Source: Geosiphon pyriformis uo1
Taxonomy: Eukaryota; Fungi; Glomeromycota
DNA: 64,000 nt
Reading direction: 5' to 3'
Assembly: GCA_016748015.1 (NCBI GenBank)
Contig: JAAOMT010000200.1
Location: 432,984-496,983 of the forward strand
Shown here: piece by piece, positions 37,951 to 52,164 of the stretch
Position numbering within the stretch: the stretch's first letter is position 1
How the letters are laid out: each line of letters starts with the position of its first letter
The notes under the pieces: model-generated
Databases searched by the model: none
Told to the model about the DNA's origin: nothing
The model's input: only the letters and a program-made list of their open reading frames with translations
Translations under genes and position numbers: made by a program

Positions 37951-38437
37951 TTTCTTCAGGGGAAGGTTCTCTTTGTTTTACAATTAGAGATTGAATTTCA
38001 GGTGGTTCACTCTCAAAGGACTTCTGTATTTCTTTTAATTCTTTTCTGAGTATCAAACTAATTGGCTCCCAATCTTTGTAATAGATTAGGCAGGACTTGC
38101 ATTCATCACTAAAAGAATACAAAGGTTTATCATACCAGCACCTGGCACAAGAACTATGTCACCAATAACTGTATTTGGCTTTTTTGTCAGACTTTCTGTT
38201 AAAAGTTCTTCTGAGGATATCATAGTAGGGCCAGCAGATCAGCTTGTCATTTATCATGATTTTTTCTTTGTCAGTTTTAACATTGTTTAGTGGCTTGTCA
38301 TTGCTAGTGAAGATGGTATAGACAAGTTTAACAGTTTCTTTTTGTTCTTCTTGATCTTCTTTATCATCACTCTCATCATCATCTGATTTATTTGATTGTT
38401 TTTCTTCTTGGTTCTGTTTGATTACTGGAGGAGTTGT

Positions 38438-40803
38438 TCAATAATAGCATTTAACCACAATGGGTTTCTCACCACATCTGATGGTTAGCTCGCAAAGTTC
38501 ATAGTTAAATAGTGCTTTGGCTTTCTTAAGCCACTTATTACTAACAATAATAGTATATTCTTTTGCTTTAGATACTTCCATGTCTGTTTCGATGCTGATA
38601 CCATTGATGCAAACAGGAACAGCTTTGGCTATACTTAGACCTTTCTTTTTGTCACTATGTACATTAGTTATTGGTCTTATGGACAGTTTATCAATCTTTC
38701 TGCCAATTGCTTTTAAAAAGTGTTTGGCAATTATGCTAACAGATGATCCACTATTTAGGATCAGATCAATGAAGTAACCAGCCACTTGGGCTTTACAAAT
38801 CAGAGGGGTGACATTGCTGTTATCAGCAAGTCCAGCTTGGCAAGAACATTTGTTGGTTTTTGGTGTTTTTTTCTTTGGTATTAAAAATTTGTGAAAATTT
38901 TTTCTGAACTGTGAATGGATCATTAGTTGGCCAAATGTAATGTAAGCTGGGGTTTCCATGAGATCTTTAACAACAGAATAAAATCCAGATTTTTGTACAA
39001 TTTCTGGGGATTTCAACTTTGGAAAATTTTTAAAAACTTTGGCTTTTGGTGGCTCGTTGTTATTAGCAGTTGATTTGAATGCTTTATTTGGGTTCAGAAC
39101 AAAATCAATTTTGGCTTTCTTCTTCTTTTTTGTTGATTCAGAAGTGTTGATTGCTAGTTCATTTATATCATGATCATTATTAGTTAGGTTAAAAGCATAA
39201 AAAGAGTTTTTTTCTGGTTGGCTTGCATTTTTACTCTTTGGAAGTGTGCCTACCAATTTAAAGACTAATAAACAGTAGCTTTAACTAAGGGATTCTCTTC
39301 AAAGAAATTGATGTTAACATGATTGGGTCTTTGATTGGGAACATTATTGTTGATAGTTCTGTTGTTTTGATTGTCATTGTTTCTAGGAGCTGGAGGAGGT
39401 AGGGGAGGATTGTTACAATCTTTGGAAAAATGTCCAGTTAATTCACAGCAGTAACACACAAGTAGGTTATAATTTTGTTGTCTTTGATATGGGAGTTGCT
39501 GAGATTGATTAAAATGGGGTTTAAATCTGGGTCTTTGGGGTTGTTGATTCTCTCTGACAGTTTGGACTAAAAGTTCCAGTAACCAGATAAGATTAACTGT
39601 AAATCTATCTATTAACTGTTCATTTGAGTCTTGAGTTTGAGCAGCAAAAGAGGCAGCAGCCATTTGTGAAGCTAAAGCCATGGCAGAAGCAAGAGCAAAA
39701 ACTGGAAATGTGAATCCCAAATGCACCCTTTGGTTATCTTCAATTCTTTGTGCCAGTTCAATAGCCATGTCTATTATTGGATTGTTTTTTAAAGCCAAGA
39801 GAGGCCAAAGAGCATACAATAGATCAGTTTTTAATCTTTTTGTGAAGGAATAGATCTTTTGCTCTTCTGTCTAGTTTCTCCTGGAATCTACACATTTGAT
39901 TAACTTTCTGATAGCTTTGGCATATTCAGTTACTACTTTTTCAGAGCCTTGGGTTCTTTTTTCTATTTCCATGCACCATTTGGATATTAATATTGGGGTT
40001 CTGAACTTGGTCTCAAACCAAGTAGTGAAAGAGGTATTTTTTTCTTCAGCATTGGTTGGTGTTCATCTGATTATTTAGTGTTGGGCATTGGCATTTGTTT
40101 CTTATAAGAACCAAGTAGCAGGAGAACCTTGGAGATAACCACCAATGATTTGGAACTTGTATTTTTCATCATACTGGTTGGCAGTGGCAGCTCTCTCAAA
40201 ATCATCCAACCATTCAATTGGATCTTATGTATCACTTCTAAATAGTGATAATAGGGTATTGTTTCTTCTTCCTAGAGCAGTTTATATACTTTGAAGGGTG
40301 GCCAGAATGTTTGCTTGTATAGAGTCATTAGCCATTAGTTCAAAGATAACTGTTTGTATAAATAAGTCTGATTCACTTGATAAAAGATCAAAAACAGAGG
40401 CAGTTTGGTAGCTTTTTTTTTCTGTTTCAAAGGAAGTTTCAGTTGCTTGATGGGCAGCAATCCAAATGTGGATTTGATAATTCAGATATTCGGAATTAAG
40501 GGACTGTTGTTCAAAGATTATGGAGTATAAAAGTTGATTGATACTGTTGTTTCTTTCTTTAAAGTTGTCTTTAAAATAAGCTTGATCAAAGTAATAAGTT
40601 GTATAGGCTGTGTAGGTTTCAGCTGAATGCTTATTCAGGAACCAGTTCCAAAAATCTTGAAATTGTCTACTGGATTGATCTTCAATGGGGAAGCAAATCA
40701 AGCAGAAGGGCAAAGAATTGAGTTTAATAAAGTCTAAATCATTTTTGTTGTGTGCTTTAAAGTGTTCTTTTGATTGTTGTGGCAAGTATAAATAATCACC
40801 CAT
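38438..40803 (-). pseudogene. gag-protease of element F
   Basis: ATG about 30 nt after PBS; CYCCELTGHFSKDC; LILNSGSSVS. Confidence 0.87.
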
Positions 40804-40855
40804 ACAATAGAAAACAGAGTGGATTTTGACAACCTCACAGGGAGCACTACTTTTA

Positions 40856-41603
40856 TGTTATGAGTTGGAATAACAAGCTAATAGATAACAAGAGAGAACA
40901 GAATTGTAAGATAATAGAAATAATCAAAGGGAATTCAACTTTAAAGAGCAAATTAAATAAGTATAAATTTAATATACAAGATCAGTCTCATAAAATATCT
41001 CAGTCACTATTCTTTTCAAAAGATAACTAGGGAATCTGAAGGTAAAGGGATAGTCCATATTATTAACAAATGATCACACTTGGTATAATTCTATGTCTTA
41101 TGTCAGCGCTCTTAGAATTCAATATCAAGTATCAAATGTGCTTTTCAGTCATGTTTTATTCAATAATCTTCAAATGCTACACTTATATGTTTCAAAAAAA
41201 GTGTAAGAATTAACCAACAAGTAATTTTTTATCTCAAGATGTTCAGATACTTAAAGATAGGAAAAGAAAAATTAGTGATAAGAAAATGATTGAGATAAAA
41301 GTTGTTATTTTATTTATTCTTGATTATTTTGAACATGCTTTTCTTTAGCTAAGAGATTTATCACTTATATAGTTGTCAAAAGTGGTCAATAATCAGGTCA
41401 ACAACTAGGTCAATAATCAGATCAATGGTCAGATCAATGATCAGATCAATGATTAGATCAATAATCAAGTTAATAATCAGGTTAACAGTCAGGTCATTAA
41501 TTAAGTCAATAATTACTATCTAAAAATAGAATGGCTAATTTATATAATATCAGTGGCTAATACATGTGATAATTAATAAGAAGTATAAGTTTTAACTGTA
41601 ACA
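40856..41603 (-). repeat. 5' LTR of element F
   Basis: TGTTAT...GTAACA. Confidence 0.95.
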
Positions 41604-41748
41604 ATACAAAAGACTCAACCAAAATCTTCAACTTAACCAAAACCTTTAGATTACCCAAACCTTCAGATAATATCAATCATATCAGTTATTAAGCACCAAG
41701 TTATGAATTTGTTATTTAATTTGAGACTCCAAATAATTATTTGTAATA

Positions 41749-44700
41749 CTGAACATATTACATTTGAGAAAACATCATCAAAAACATACTTCAATAGATA
41801 ATACTAACATGACCAATTACCAAAGAGATTTACAATCATTTTATGCTTCTTAATCTAGCTTTTTATGATCACATCTACCTTAGACTTGATCAGATTAGGC
41901 TTCAGAATTAAATTGTCATCAACAATTAAATAGTCCAACACCATTTTGTAAAAGAGATATTCTAATACACTCTTGATAATATGATTTTTGTTCATTTTAA
42001 AATCTTTTATCTTCTTATCAATTGCTGAGATTTCCTAGTACATTTTAATTCAACATTTTAGAGAAACAATAAGATTTTCTAACCCCAGCTAAAACTAATT
42101 TAATAACATCAAAATAAAATTCCAAAAGAAAAAGAGATTTCACCTTAGAGGCATTAATATTATCAAAATAGTCTCATGTATCCAGCAATAAAGCAAACTC
42201 ATCCTAAAAATTCAGATAAAAGGCTTTAATAATCTTAGACACCAAAAGTTTTAGCTTGTGAAATCTGAATAACTTCTTAGTAAAGACACTATTATAGTTC
42301 TTAAACCATTTTTTTTTTAAAATCTTTTCAGCTGATATATACATAGTCTTATGAATAGCATCCCATATTGCTCCTAAATCTGAGAATCTTACAGTTATAA
42401 AAAACTTATCAGAAAACATAGCAGCATTTACTATTGTAGTTTCTTTAAACTTGAACCATTTAACAACATTAGTATTCTTAAAATTAAACTTCCAACAATT
42501 CCTATTCACTTGTTTGCAAAGGAAGCATAATTGCATATCCAAAAGTTCACTTAAATCTACTAACATAGTAACTGCTGTTACAGGTAATTATTTCTGCTGT
42601 TGAATTAAATAACAAATCCGTAACTTGGTGCTCAAAGCTAATTGCAGTTGATAGTGATCTGAAGGTTTTGTATCTGAAGGTTTTGGTTGAGTTTTTTGTA
42701 TAATGGACAAAGATTCAGTGGTGATGGTATTAGTTTTCCTAGAGTCGCAATTATGCCCAATTTCTTTCTTAGCTTGGCGGCCGGATTTATTCTGGCAGTC
42801 ATGCCCTTCTGATAAGCTATCTGTTAATATATATAATTCTATCCTTATTTCTGGGTCTTTTATCAGGCTATCCTTGACATCAATAACTCAGCGCTTAATC
42901 CTTTTAATCAATTAGTAAACAATAAAAAAAAATAAAATAAAAAAAAATAAAAAAAAATAAAAAAATAAAGAAAATAAAATAAGAAATAAGTATCCTGTCA
43001 ATAGCTGTAATCAAGAGCTATTGTGCCAGCAGGTTAAGTAGTGGATAATAACATTAATATAGGAGTGATTTCATTTCAAGTTATAATATTCTATCTTTTG
43101 AAGGAAGGATATTTAATAATTATGACCTGCGAGTCTAATTGACTCTGAGAGTCCTACTGACTCTCAGTCTTTTTAACTTTGAGCCTAATTGACTGCCTAA
43201 ATTTTTCTCTTCTTTTCTAGCTTCTGATACTACTGCTATATATACATAATTGAGATTCCTCAATTCCTCAATTCTTCACACCAGAAATTCTGGAATTCCT
43301 GAAATCCTGCAATTCCTTTGAGAAGAATTCTGGAATTCTGGAATCCTGCAATTCCTCATACAAGAATCCTGAAATTCCTGGAATCCTGCAATTCCTCTGA
43401 GAGGAATCCTGGAATTCCACATTTACTACATTTATTCTGATTGGCTAATTTATGTACTAATATTTAATTCCTATATTCTATGAGTAATACTGCATAGTAA
43501 TCAGTATTAAAGTGTTTATTAACATTTATAACATTGTGACATACTATTGTATTAATCAAATTTGAAAAGATAAAAATATAATTGATAGTTCTTTCAGCAT
43601 CTTTCAAATTTTTCCATGTAGAACTTCTTGTAACCAAACATTCTGACAAAGAATTGACTAACTCTAAATTGAGGCACTTCCTAAAACTTGCACTTTTCTT
43701 AGACTCATTTTCATTGAAATTTTCATTCAAAACCACAAAACTGCTAGAATTAACTGTCTTAGCTATAAAAAAGTTAATCTTCAAAGCCAATTCAAACCTA
43801 ATTTTAGCAGAAGCATTAGCATATAAACCCAGAATTGTAATTGAAAACTTGCTTTTAAAGAGAAGCCAAACTAAAATAAGATAACTAGAAATCTCCTTAA
43901 TCTTAAAGACATAATAAGCCAAAGAACTGTTTATAATAATAGCCACTTTAGCTTTAAGAAAACTCTTGTCCAAACCAGAGGTAAAAATTTGCACTTCATC
44001 AAATTTACTTATAATCTATGGCTTAATATTAAACCTCAACTTTATTTCTATTACAATTAAAATCACATTATCAAAATTGAAATGTCAGTATACAATATTC
44101 TTGTATTTAGTAGAGACATTAATGTTACAAATATTGCATATAGCTATTTTTCAGATCAAATTATTTATTGAGAGGAAAGATTTACCAAAAAAACTAAATC
44201 AGTATATAACTAATCCAATCTTGCCAAAACTAAATTGACCAAAACCTTGAAAGCGATTATTTTTGATTCCAAACCACTCATCTTAGTAGTCAGAATCTTA
44301 GAACTGCTTAAATTCAATTCCATAGTATCAATACTTACAACCAAAAAAAAAAAAATAAAGAAGACTTGTGAATTATTCAAAACCATTTTCATATCCAAGT
44401 CCATATTTAAAGATACAACTCCAGCAGTAAAAAGAGGTTGTAAAACAGACACTAAAGACACCAAGTCAACCACACTTAACTTTCTTACAATGCTCGAAAC
44501 TTAATTAATCAAAAGTTCTAAAGAGTATTCCAGAAAAGCCAAACAAATACCTATTGACAAAACATTATCAAAAGTTAACATATTATTTTTTTTATCTAAA
44601 ACACCAGAAACAGAAGAATGAAAACCAAATTCAGGACCAATATTATTAGAGAAAACAACAGGTAAAACCACCTAAGCCCAAGTTTTGCCACCAAAAAAAA

Positions 44701-46240
44701 CTGAATAAGCCACTGAAGCCCACTTTTTTTTATATATGTTTGCCAAACAAACATGATTTTAAAAACTGAAAGTTTTTTTTCCACAACCATCTAAATTCAC
44801 ACTAATCAAACACTCAATAGAAACATAATCAAATTGTTAATATTTGGTACAATAGGCCAAAGAAAAACCAATTTAATGCAAATTTACACCTCTGAAAACC
44901 AGCAAAGAATTAATGATATTATTTTTTGACTTTTTACTATTAAAACAAATGATTACACATCTATTATAAACATATATAACTGGATTACAGCCAATAACAC
45001 AGGTTTTCTCACTATAGAATGCCAATAGATCAGAAAGATCATGAGCAGTAGTCCCAGTAGACAAAGTATACAACAAAGCCCAGTATTGATCTCTAGTTAT
45101 CTATGTCTGTTTATTATTAATAGTCTTTGCCACATACATAGAATCCTTTTTCATAAGAACTAATCATTTAGAAGCAATCAGATTGGCAATATTCACTGAC
45201 TCAAACTTCATTAAAGTCTTTTACCAAAGACCAATCAGTTGCATTTTGATTGAGATAATTTTGCCAAATTTGAAAAAAACTGATTCTATGGCTGATTTAA
45301 GAAAAAAAACTGGGATTTCCTTGACAATTACTTCTCAATCCAATTGACTGTTTACTTTTTTTATATCATTATTGACCAAAATTTTCTCACAAATTGCCAA
45401 TTTTTTTGCCTTATTTAAACTAAATTCAGTTGTAAAAGATAACTGGATAATCTCTGGAAATTTTGAGGAAGTCAAAGCTCTTCCAAAACCATTAATACAA
45501 TAAAAATTTTTTTTAAATTTATTAATTTATCAATATTGGTCTTGCCAGAAATGGCAGAAAGTTTAATATCTAATGCAAATGATTTACATAAACCAAAATT
45601 CCTGATTTCTTTGTCTCATGACTTTATCAATAGCAGCTTCAGAGATTCATTAAACTTAGGCAGTAGGAGCACTAACATGTCATTATTATCACTTTCTTTA
45701 ATAAAAAAAGACACATTCAGTGGTTGTTTTAAGACATATATTCTTATACATATTTTTTTCAAAGTAATATCATCCATTATATTGTCTATTTTAAAAGTGT
45801 TGGAGTCAATGTAGCTCATTTTTTTAGCAACTGTATTCTTTATGTTTTCTATATTTGACATCTTACTAATATTGCTTTTTTTGCTATCCACTTCACTGCC
45901 CCAAGATTTAATATGTTTATTATCAGTAGTATACAACATGTTAATAGTCAAAAGTCCAATTGATGAATCTACCATATTACCAGAAGCTATAGGCTTTTTT
46001 ATTTTTTTGTATAAAAAATCATAAGAGTATATATTCTTAACTTATGCTTTTTTCTTATTGCCAGACTGAGTCCTCGATTCAATTAATATCAAACTGAAAA
46101 CACCAACAGAAAAGTCTATTGTATCCATAGCAACAAATAGAAAAGCATTAAAAGAAATAACTGCAAAAATAAAAGGTAAAAGAAAAAGGGAATATTTAAT
46201 TACTTTGGTTACTCTAAGCTCTCATTGTGACCAAGGGATC
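41749..46240 (-). mobile_element. LINE relic L1: ORF1 (about 44170-46128) and ORF2 N-terminus (APE endonuclease), cut by D
   Basis: ORF 43464-43994 has ITILGLYA, NFNE (GDFN), TINYIF, TDY motifs of APE; ORF1 fragments 45616-45975, 44873-45076, 44210-44473. Confidence 0.85.
42576..43489 (-). repeat. Solo LTR S2 (A-like family) in the LINE endonuclease
   Basis: TGTTAC...GTAATA; perfect TSD CTGC at 42572-42575 and 43490-43493. Confidence 0.93.
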
Positions 46241-46249
46241 AATAAGTAT

Positions 46250-46770
46250 AGTTTTTTAAGATTAATATTTAATATAATATTATTGTTTTTGGCCAAATTT
46301 AATGTTTTTAATCTAGTTTTTTTTAATATAAAAATAACACAAATAATTTTATTAATTTTTGATAAAATAAAAATACTTTAAAACTATTTACACATAAAAA
46401 TAATTTTTTAATTGATTTTAATTTATTTTAAGAAAATTTGTTATTAATTATTAAAAAATTTATATTTAAAGCAACAATTTTTTGTTTTAAAAATGTTTTT
46501 ATTATTATTAACAATTTTATAATTTTTATTAACTAAAAAATATTGTTATTTTATTATTAAATTTGTTTTTTATATTAAAAAACATTAGAATTATCTAAAA
46601 ATCTGTTTAAAAAAAATTTTTTTTTTATTATCTAAATATTAATTAAAAATTTTTTTTTTTGAAAAAAATATACAAATTAGATTATTAAGTATTTTTTTAG
46701 ATGTTTTTTTTTAATATTTTATAACTAAAAGTAACTATTATGTTTATTATAAAAAAATTTTTTTTTTAAT
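46250..46770. other. Extremely AT-rich low-complexity spacer
   Basis: Almost no G or C; no ORFs. Confidence 0.8.
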
Positions 46771-49700
46771 TAATTTATTTATTTAACAAGTACAATCCAA
46801 TTACTATTTAGTATACAAAATTAAACAAAATAATCTTAAATAAATATGATTTATGCACTTACTATATATAACCAGCTACTTAAGCTAATCTAAACAATAC
46901 TATGCACTTATATAAATCATTATGCTATCATCAACACCAGAAAAAAAGCATAAGACAAATATTTACCAAAACTTACTATCAAAAATTCAATAATATCAAG
47001 CATATAAATCATGCTATTTGATAATTCAGTATTTAATCCAACAGATAACTTAAAAACCACACTATTATTATCCACTAATTCAGTCTTTTCTACTTTTACT
47101 TTATGTTTTATTCTAATATATCATATTGTTTAATAGTAAAAATTAACTAATTGGTGGAAAAAATTTATTAAAATTAAAACAGTCTTTTTTTTATCATTAA
47201 ACATTTTCAAAGCTTCTTTGGTCTAATTTTTAAGAACAAATTCTTTGCAAAAAATTATGTATAGCTTAACATCAAACAGACAGAATAGCAAAAAACACAT
47301 AACTTAAAAAGACACAGACATTCTACTACCAGTTAATAATTACCAAAACTCAATATAACCTAAAATTAGAATTTCTTATTGGCCCACATCTTCTGAACAT
47401 GTGAATAAATGGTCAAAAGTTTCTACTTCTTTACAAAACAAGCACAAAACATTTGGATAAAATATGTTATACAGTTTTTTATACATAGTAATAAAGAGTC
47501 TTCCATAAACAGCTTTTATTATTTGAATTTTTAAATTGTTAATAAACACACTTGTAGTGTCAATAAGCATATGTAAATTAAGATGCCAAATCTTAGCTGT
47601 CCAAATTTAATTAATATCATGAATAAGAGACTCATCAATAATCTTAAAACCTAAATCTATTTCTTAATAAGCATTAGCTATTACCTTATAAATGTCCCAA
47701 ATAAAATAACAAGCATTAACAAAAACCACTAAACTATTAGCCACCAAATGCTTTTTAAAAATGTCAAGTAAAAAGAAAACAGAAAAACGAACAGCAATTT
47801 TAGCCAATTCATCAGCACAATCATTGTTAAACACACTAGAATGCTCTTTAACTTTTACTTAGACCATCTTCAAATTTTTGTCACTTATCAAATTAGTGAT
47901 TAAACATTATTCTATCTAACATCTGTTGTAAAAGTCTGGTTCAAACAAACCAAGATTTAATTTGTATATATTAATAGTTATCTAACTATTCAAATTCAAG
48001 ATCACTATACTAAAAGAAGATATATATTTCAAAACCAAAATGACAGCATATATCTTAATTATTATAAAAAACAACATACCAGAAATTCCAACACTAACAC
48101 TTACATTTATATTTGGAAAATAGATAGCCACTCTACTAGTTATTTTTGGTATACTTAGTTTTTTAAGTGAGTTATTAGTATAAATATCAAATATATTAAC
48201 CCAAACACTATGTAAAAGATCTCTTATTAATTCAAACTTGTCTGAATCTAAGACATTACAAGAAATTAAACCCAAAATGATTATATTATTCTCAACAACA
48301 AAATTCATCTTATCTAAAAAACTAGATGTAACAATAAGTTAAAATAAAATAGAACCTTTCAAATCTAATCTTTTCTAATGGTAAAAAGTTACTTATGTCA
48401 TTAGCTTATTATGCTTATCCAAAAATCTGTTATTAAAAATAACATTATGGTATTTTAAGAAGACTACCAACTTATAATAGGCTGTTTTTTTTAAGATATT
48501 TAACATCAAAAACTTTACTAGACTGTAAAAAACTTGTAGTAAGTTGTTCCTTAAAAAAATCTTATTGCTTAAAAACACTTTTACTATCTTAGTAAAAAAA
48601 TTGTTTACAAGACTAATTTTTAATTTGACAGAATGCTACAGAAAATTGGTTGAGACCCAGCCTAAAATTTGTAAATCTAAAATTTGATAATTAAATAGTT
48701 TATTAAGAATCCTCTTAGAGTTAGCAAACAAAACCATTGAAGTTATCTTATTTTTAATCTGTAATTGCTCAAAGGACTTCAAGTTGTAGAGCAATAGATA
48801 ATACAAAACTTTATTGAAAAAATTTCTAAGCAATCTGGCTTTTGATTTCAAGCTTTTCTAATTAAAAAATTTCACTTATAACAAACATTAACTGAAATAA
48901 AATTAAACTGTGTATGATAATAAACTATTAGCTGCAAAACAGTAAAAACTAAGTAACAAAACTGTTTATTCGAAATTGCTTTTTTTAAAACCATGTTTGC
49001 AAAAAATCTAATATTTAAATAGGTCTTGGCCAAACTGAGTTTGAACAAATCTTTAGTGAAAATATAAATTTCCAAGTAATAATGTGACTTCCTTTTTCTT
49101 GTAACTAATATTAAACTTTTATTGATTATTAAAAAAATTTTACTAACTCTTTGGTTGATAAGAATAACTACTGTTTTGCCATTATTAATTGAAATATTAT
49201 GGATATCAAAGAATTTATTAGCTATGTTTAAAATATACTGAGTTAAAATCTGGTTATTTTCCACCCAAATCATGTCATTAACAAAAGCACCAGCTATGAG
49301 AATTGATATTTTCTTACCTGTGTTTTCCAATCTGTCTGTTCTAGCCACAAATTTTGTATCAATATAATAATTACACAAATATTTATGTCTCTTAATTTTG
49401 CATAAAAAAAAGTCATAAAAAATTCTTCAAAGAAGAGATAAAAAAATTTTTTTCTGATCTAATTTATCATGAACATAATAATCTTTTAAAAAACTAAAGT
49501 TAGTCATTACTCTGTTAAAACAGTCTTGATAAATACTGCCAAAAAAGCTAATAAAACATTTACATATCTTAATATACTTCAAACTGTTTCTTAAATAATG
49601 TTAGCCAACTGAGTTATATGTCTTTTTTATGTTTTATAAGACCAACTAAAGTTCTCTATTTTTTTTCAAAGCATCTTTTACAACAGAACTAATAGCAAAT

Positions 49701-51650
49701 ACTGGAGAATAAGTTGAGATACCTTTTAATACTAAAAATTTATTGCCATGAAAAATACCAGATTTATTATATATAAAAGATATTTAGTCTGAAAATATCT
49801 TTAATAAAATTTTCTTGGCTGTTTCAATTAGTGCTATTGGTTTTGTATTAGTTAATATGTCATCCTAATTATAGAGTTTTGGAATCATAAAAATCCAAGT
49901 TTTTTTCTATAAATTGGAAACTGTGCTGGTATTTAGACAACAATTTAATAGAACCAAGAAACAATTTAAGATTACAGAACTGCAATGTTTTCACAACTCA
50001 TTTGGAATGCCAAACAAATTAGCAGTCTTGTTATTAGATAAATCCTCCACAATTAAGGTCAACTCATTCAAACTAATATGCTTTATAACTTCAGAAAAGA
50101 TATTATTCTTAACATAATTTAAAGACATATACTGCTAAGACCAAAGATTAGATATTAATCCAAGCATTTTTCTTTTATGAGTTCAATTTTTTATTATTTT
50201 AACTATCTTATCTATTATTATTTTAAGTTTCAAAATCAACTTCTTGTCAACTGTCAAATGATTTAAAATTATCTTCTAAAAAGATTTCTTCAAAATATTC
50301 TTGATTATACAACTTTTGTTTGTACAGAAATTTTTCATTCTTTTATTAATTGCAATCTTAATTACAGTCATTTTTAAAGCTTCAAATTCTTAAAATTTGG
50401 ATGCTTAGTACTTTTTCTGAATTTTTAACAAAAATAAAAGAATTACTTTACTTCTTTGCATACTGTTAATGAAAGATGACAATTCAAAAGAACTAACTAT
50501 ATTTAAATCTGACCAAACTGATCTAAGATAATCAAATTCACAAATATTCTCTGATGAAAAAATCTTTACAATTTTTAAAACCAAAATTTTCAACCAGCAG
50601 AACCTTAAAAATTACTTGTTTTTGAAATTACTAAAGTCTTTGAATTAAGTTTTATAGAAAACTTTATTTGCCAACTCAATCATTACCAATCTTAATAGCT
50701 TTTACATAGTATCTAAATTATTATTTTTTTACAATATAAAAATTATTACATATTCAAGACATTTATTTTAATGAATATTTCTTAAACTGAATTCATTTTG
50801 TTTAACAGCATTCTTAATATCAAACTTCCATTGATTTCTGTTAACTTACTTATAAATCTCATTTAAGTATTCATTTAAAAGACCATTCAAGCCAATTGAA
50901 ACCACAACAACCAAATAATTAGTGTTAAAAAATTCAGAAACACTAATAACTTCACACTTAATTACTGCTGATAGAAGATAAATATTAACTAAAACATAAT
51001 CAATGATCTTTTTTGTGTCTTTTGAATTACTCTATATTAAAATTTTAGCAACTAAATTACTTATTAGAGAATTGTACAAACCCAAATTAAAACATTTCTT
51101 GAAATTTGTACTATATTCTATACTATCTTTATTAAAATTTCCATTCAATATAACATAAAAACTTGAATTGATTATCTTAACAATAAGTAAATTTATCTTA
51201 TTTATCTGACTAAACTGTATATTAACTAAAGCACCAGCATATAAACCCAAAATAGTAATTAAAATTTTGTTGCTAAAAAGCAAATAAATTGAAAAAAAAT
51301 GATTAGAAACTTCAGAAACTTTGTATATATATCAAACTAAAACATTGTTTATTACAATAACCATCCTAGCACTTATATAGCCAGTGTTTAAAACAGAAAC
51401 AAAAACTTTTACACTCTGAAATTTATCTTTAATTCAAGATTTAGCCTAATTTTTCAACTTAATTTCTGTAATAATAGAAACTCAATTGCCAAATTCAACA
51501 TATTACCTAATTATGTCTTTCTGTTTTGTTAAATTGTTCATTTTTTTGATATTATACATAGCTACTTTTTAGATAAATTTACTTATTAATACAAAAAATG
51601 TACTAAAGAATTTAGAGTTATATACAATTAATCTAACTTTTTCAAAATTA
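46770..51650 (-). mobile_element. LINE relic L2: ORF2 with APE, RT, RNase H and C-terminal zinc motif; ORF1 missing
   Basis: ITILGLYAG..GNFN, GAFVNDMIWV (FVDD-type), IYTNNSL (YTDGS), CLFCKEVETFDHLFTC; T-run near 46758-46768 is a possible poly(A). Confidence 0.87.
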
Positions 51651-52160
51651 AGTTGAAAATTTTTTTGGTTTTATTTAGATTTTTAAATTTAAATAGTTAA
51701 GTTTAAAACTATAATTATAAATTAATAATATTAATTAAAATTAAAATTAACTTAATTACAAATTAAAAATATATAAATAAGAACTTATAAAAATCTTAAA
51801 ATATAATAAAACTAGTTATTTTTTAAATTATATGTAATAATTATTTATTTTTATTAATATTTATTATTTGTTAAAATTTTTTTGTATTTAATTTTAGATT
51901 AGATTATATTTTTTTGTTGTAATTAAACTACTTATTAATTTTTTTTTACATAATTTTAATAATAATTTTTATAATATATGTTGTAATTTTTATTAATAAT
52001 ATTTATAATATTAATTTTAATAATATTTAAAAAATTATTACAAATTATTAAAAATCTTTTAAATAAATAACTTTTATTTTAATATTTAACAAAATTATTA
52101 AAACCAAATTAATTTAGATTAATTTAAAATTAATTATTAAAAAGAAAAAAAATATATTTC
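51650..52160. other. Extremely AT-rich low-complexity spacer
   Basis: Almost no G or C. Confidence 0.8.
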
Positions 52161-52164
52161 TTTT

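Larger units (their letters stand above)
33776..41603 (-). mobile_element. Element F, full-length 7.8-kb Ty3/Gypsy element without dUTPase, nested in the D LTR
   Basis: 748-bp LTRs, TSD ATAC (33772-33775, 41604-41607), PPT 34524-34540, PBS 40832-40849. Confidence 0.95.
27799..41748 (+). mobile_element. Element D, A-like LTR retrotransposon lacking its 5' part here; 3' LTR split by F
   Basis: Cys block, dUTPase, RT, RH, IN, ORF3, PPT 32975-32990, LTR 32991-33775 plus 41608-41748. Confidence 0.9.
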
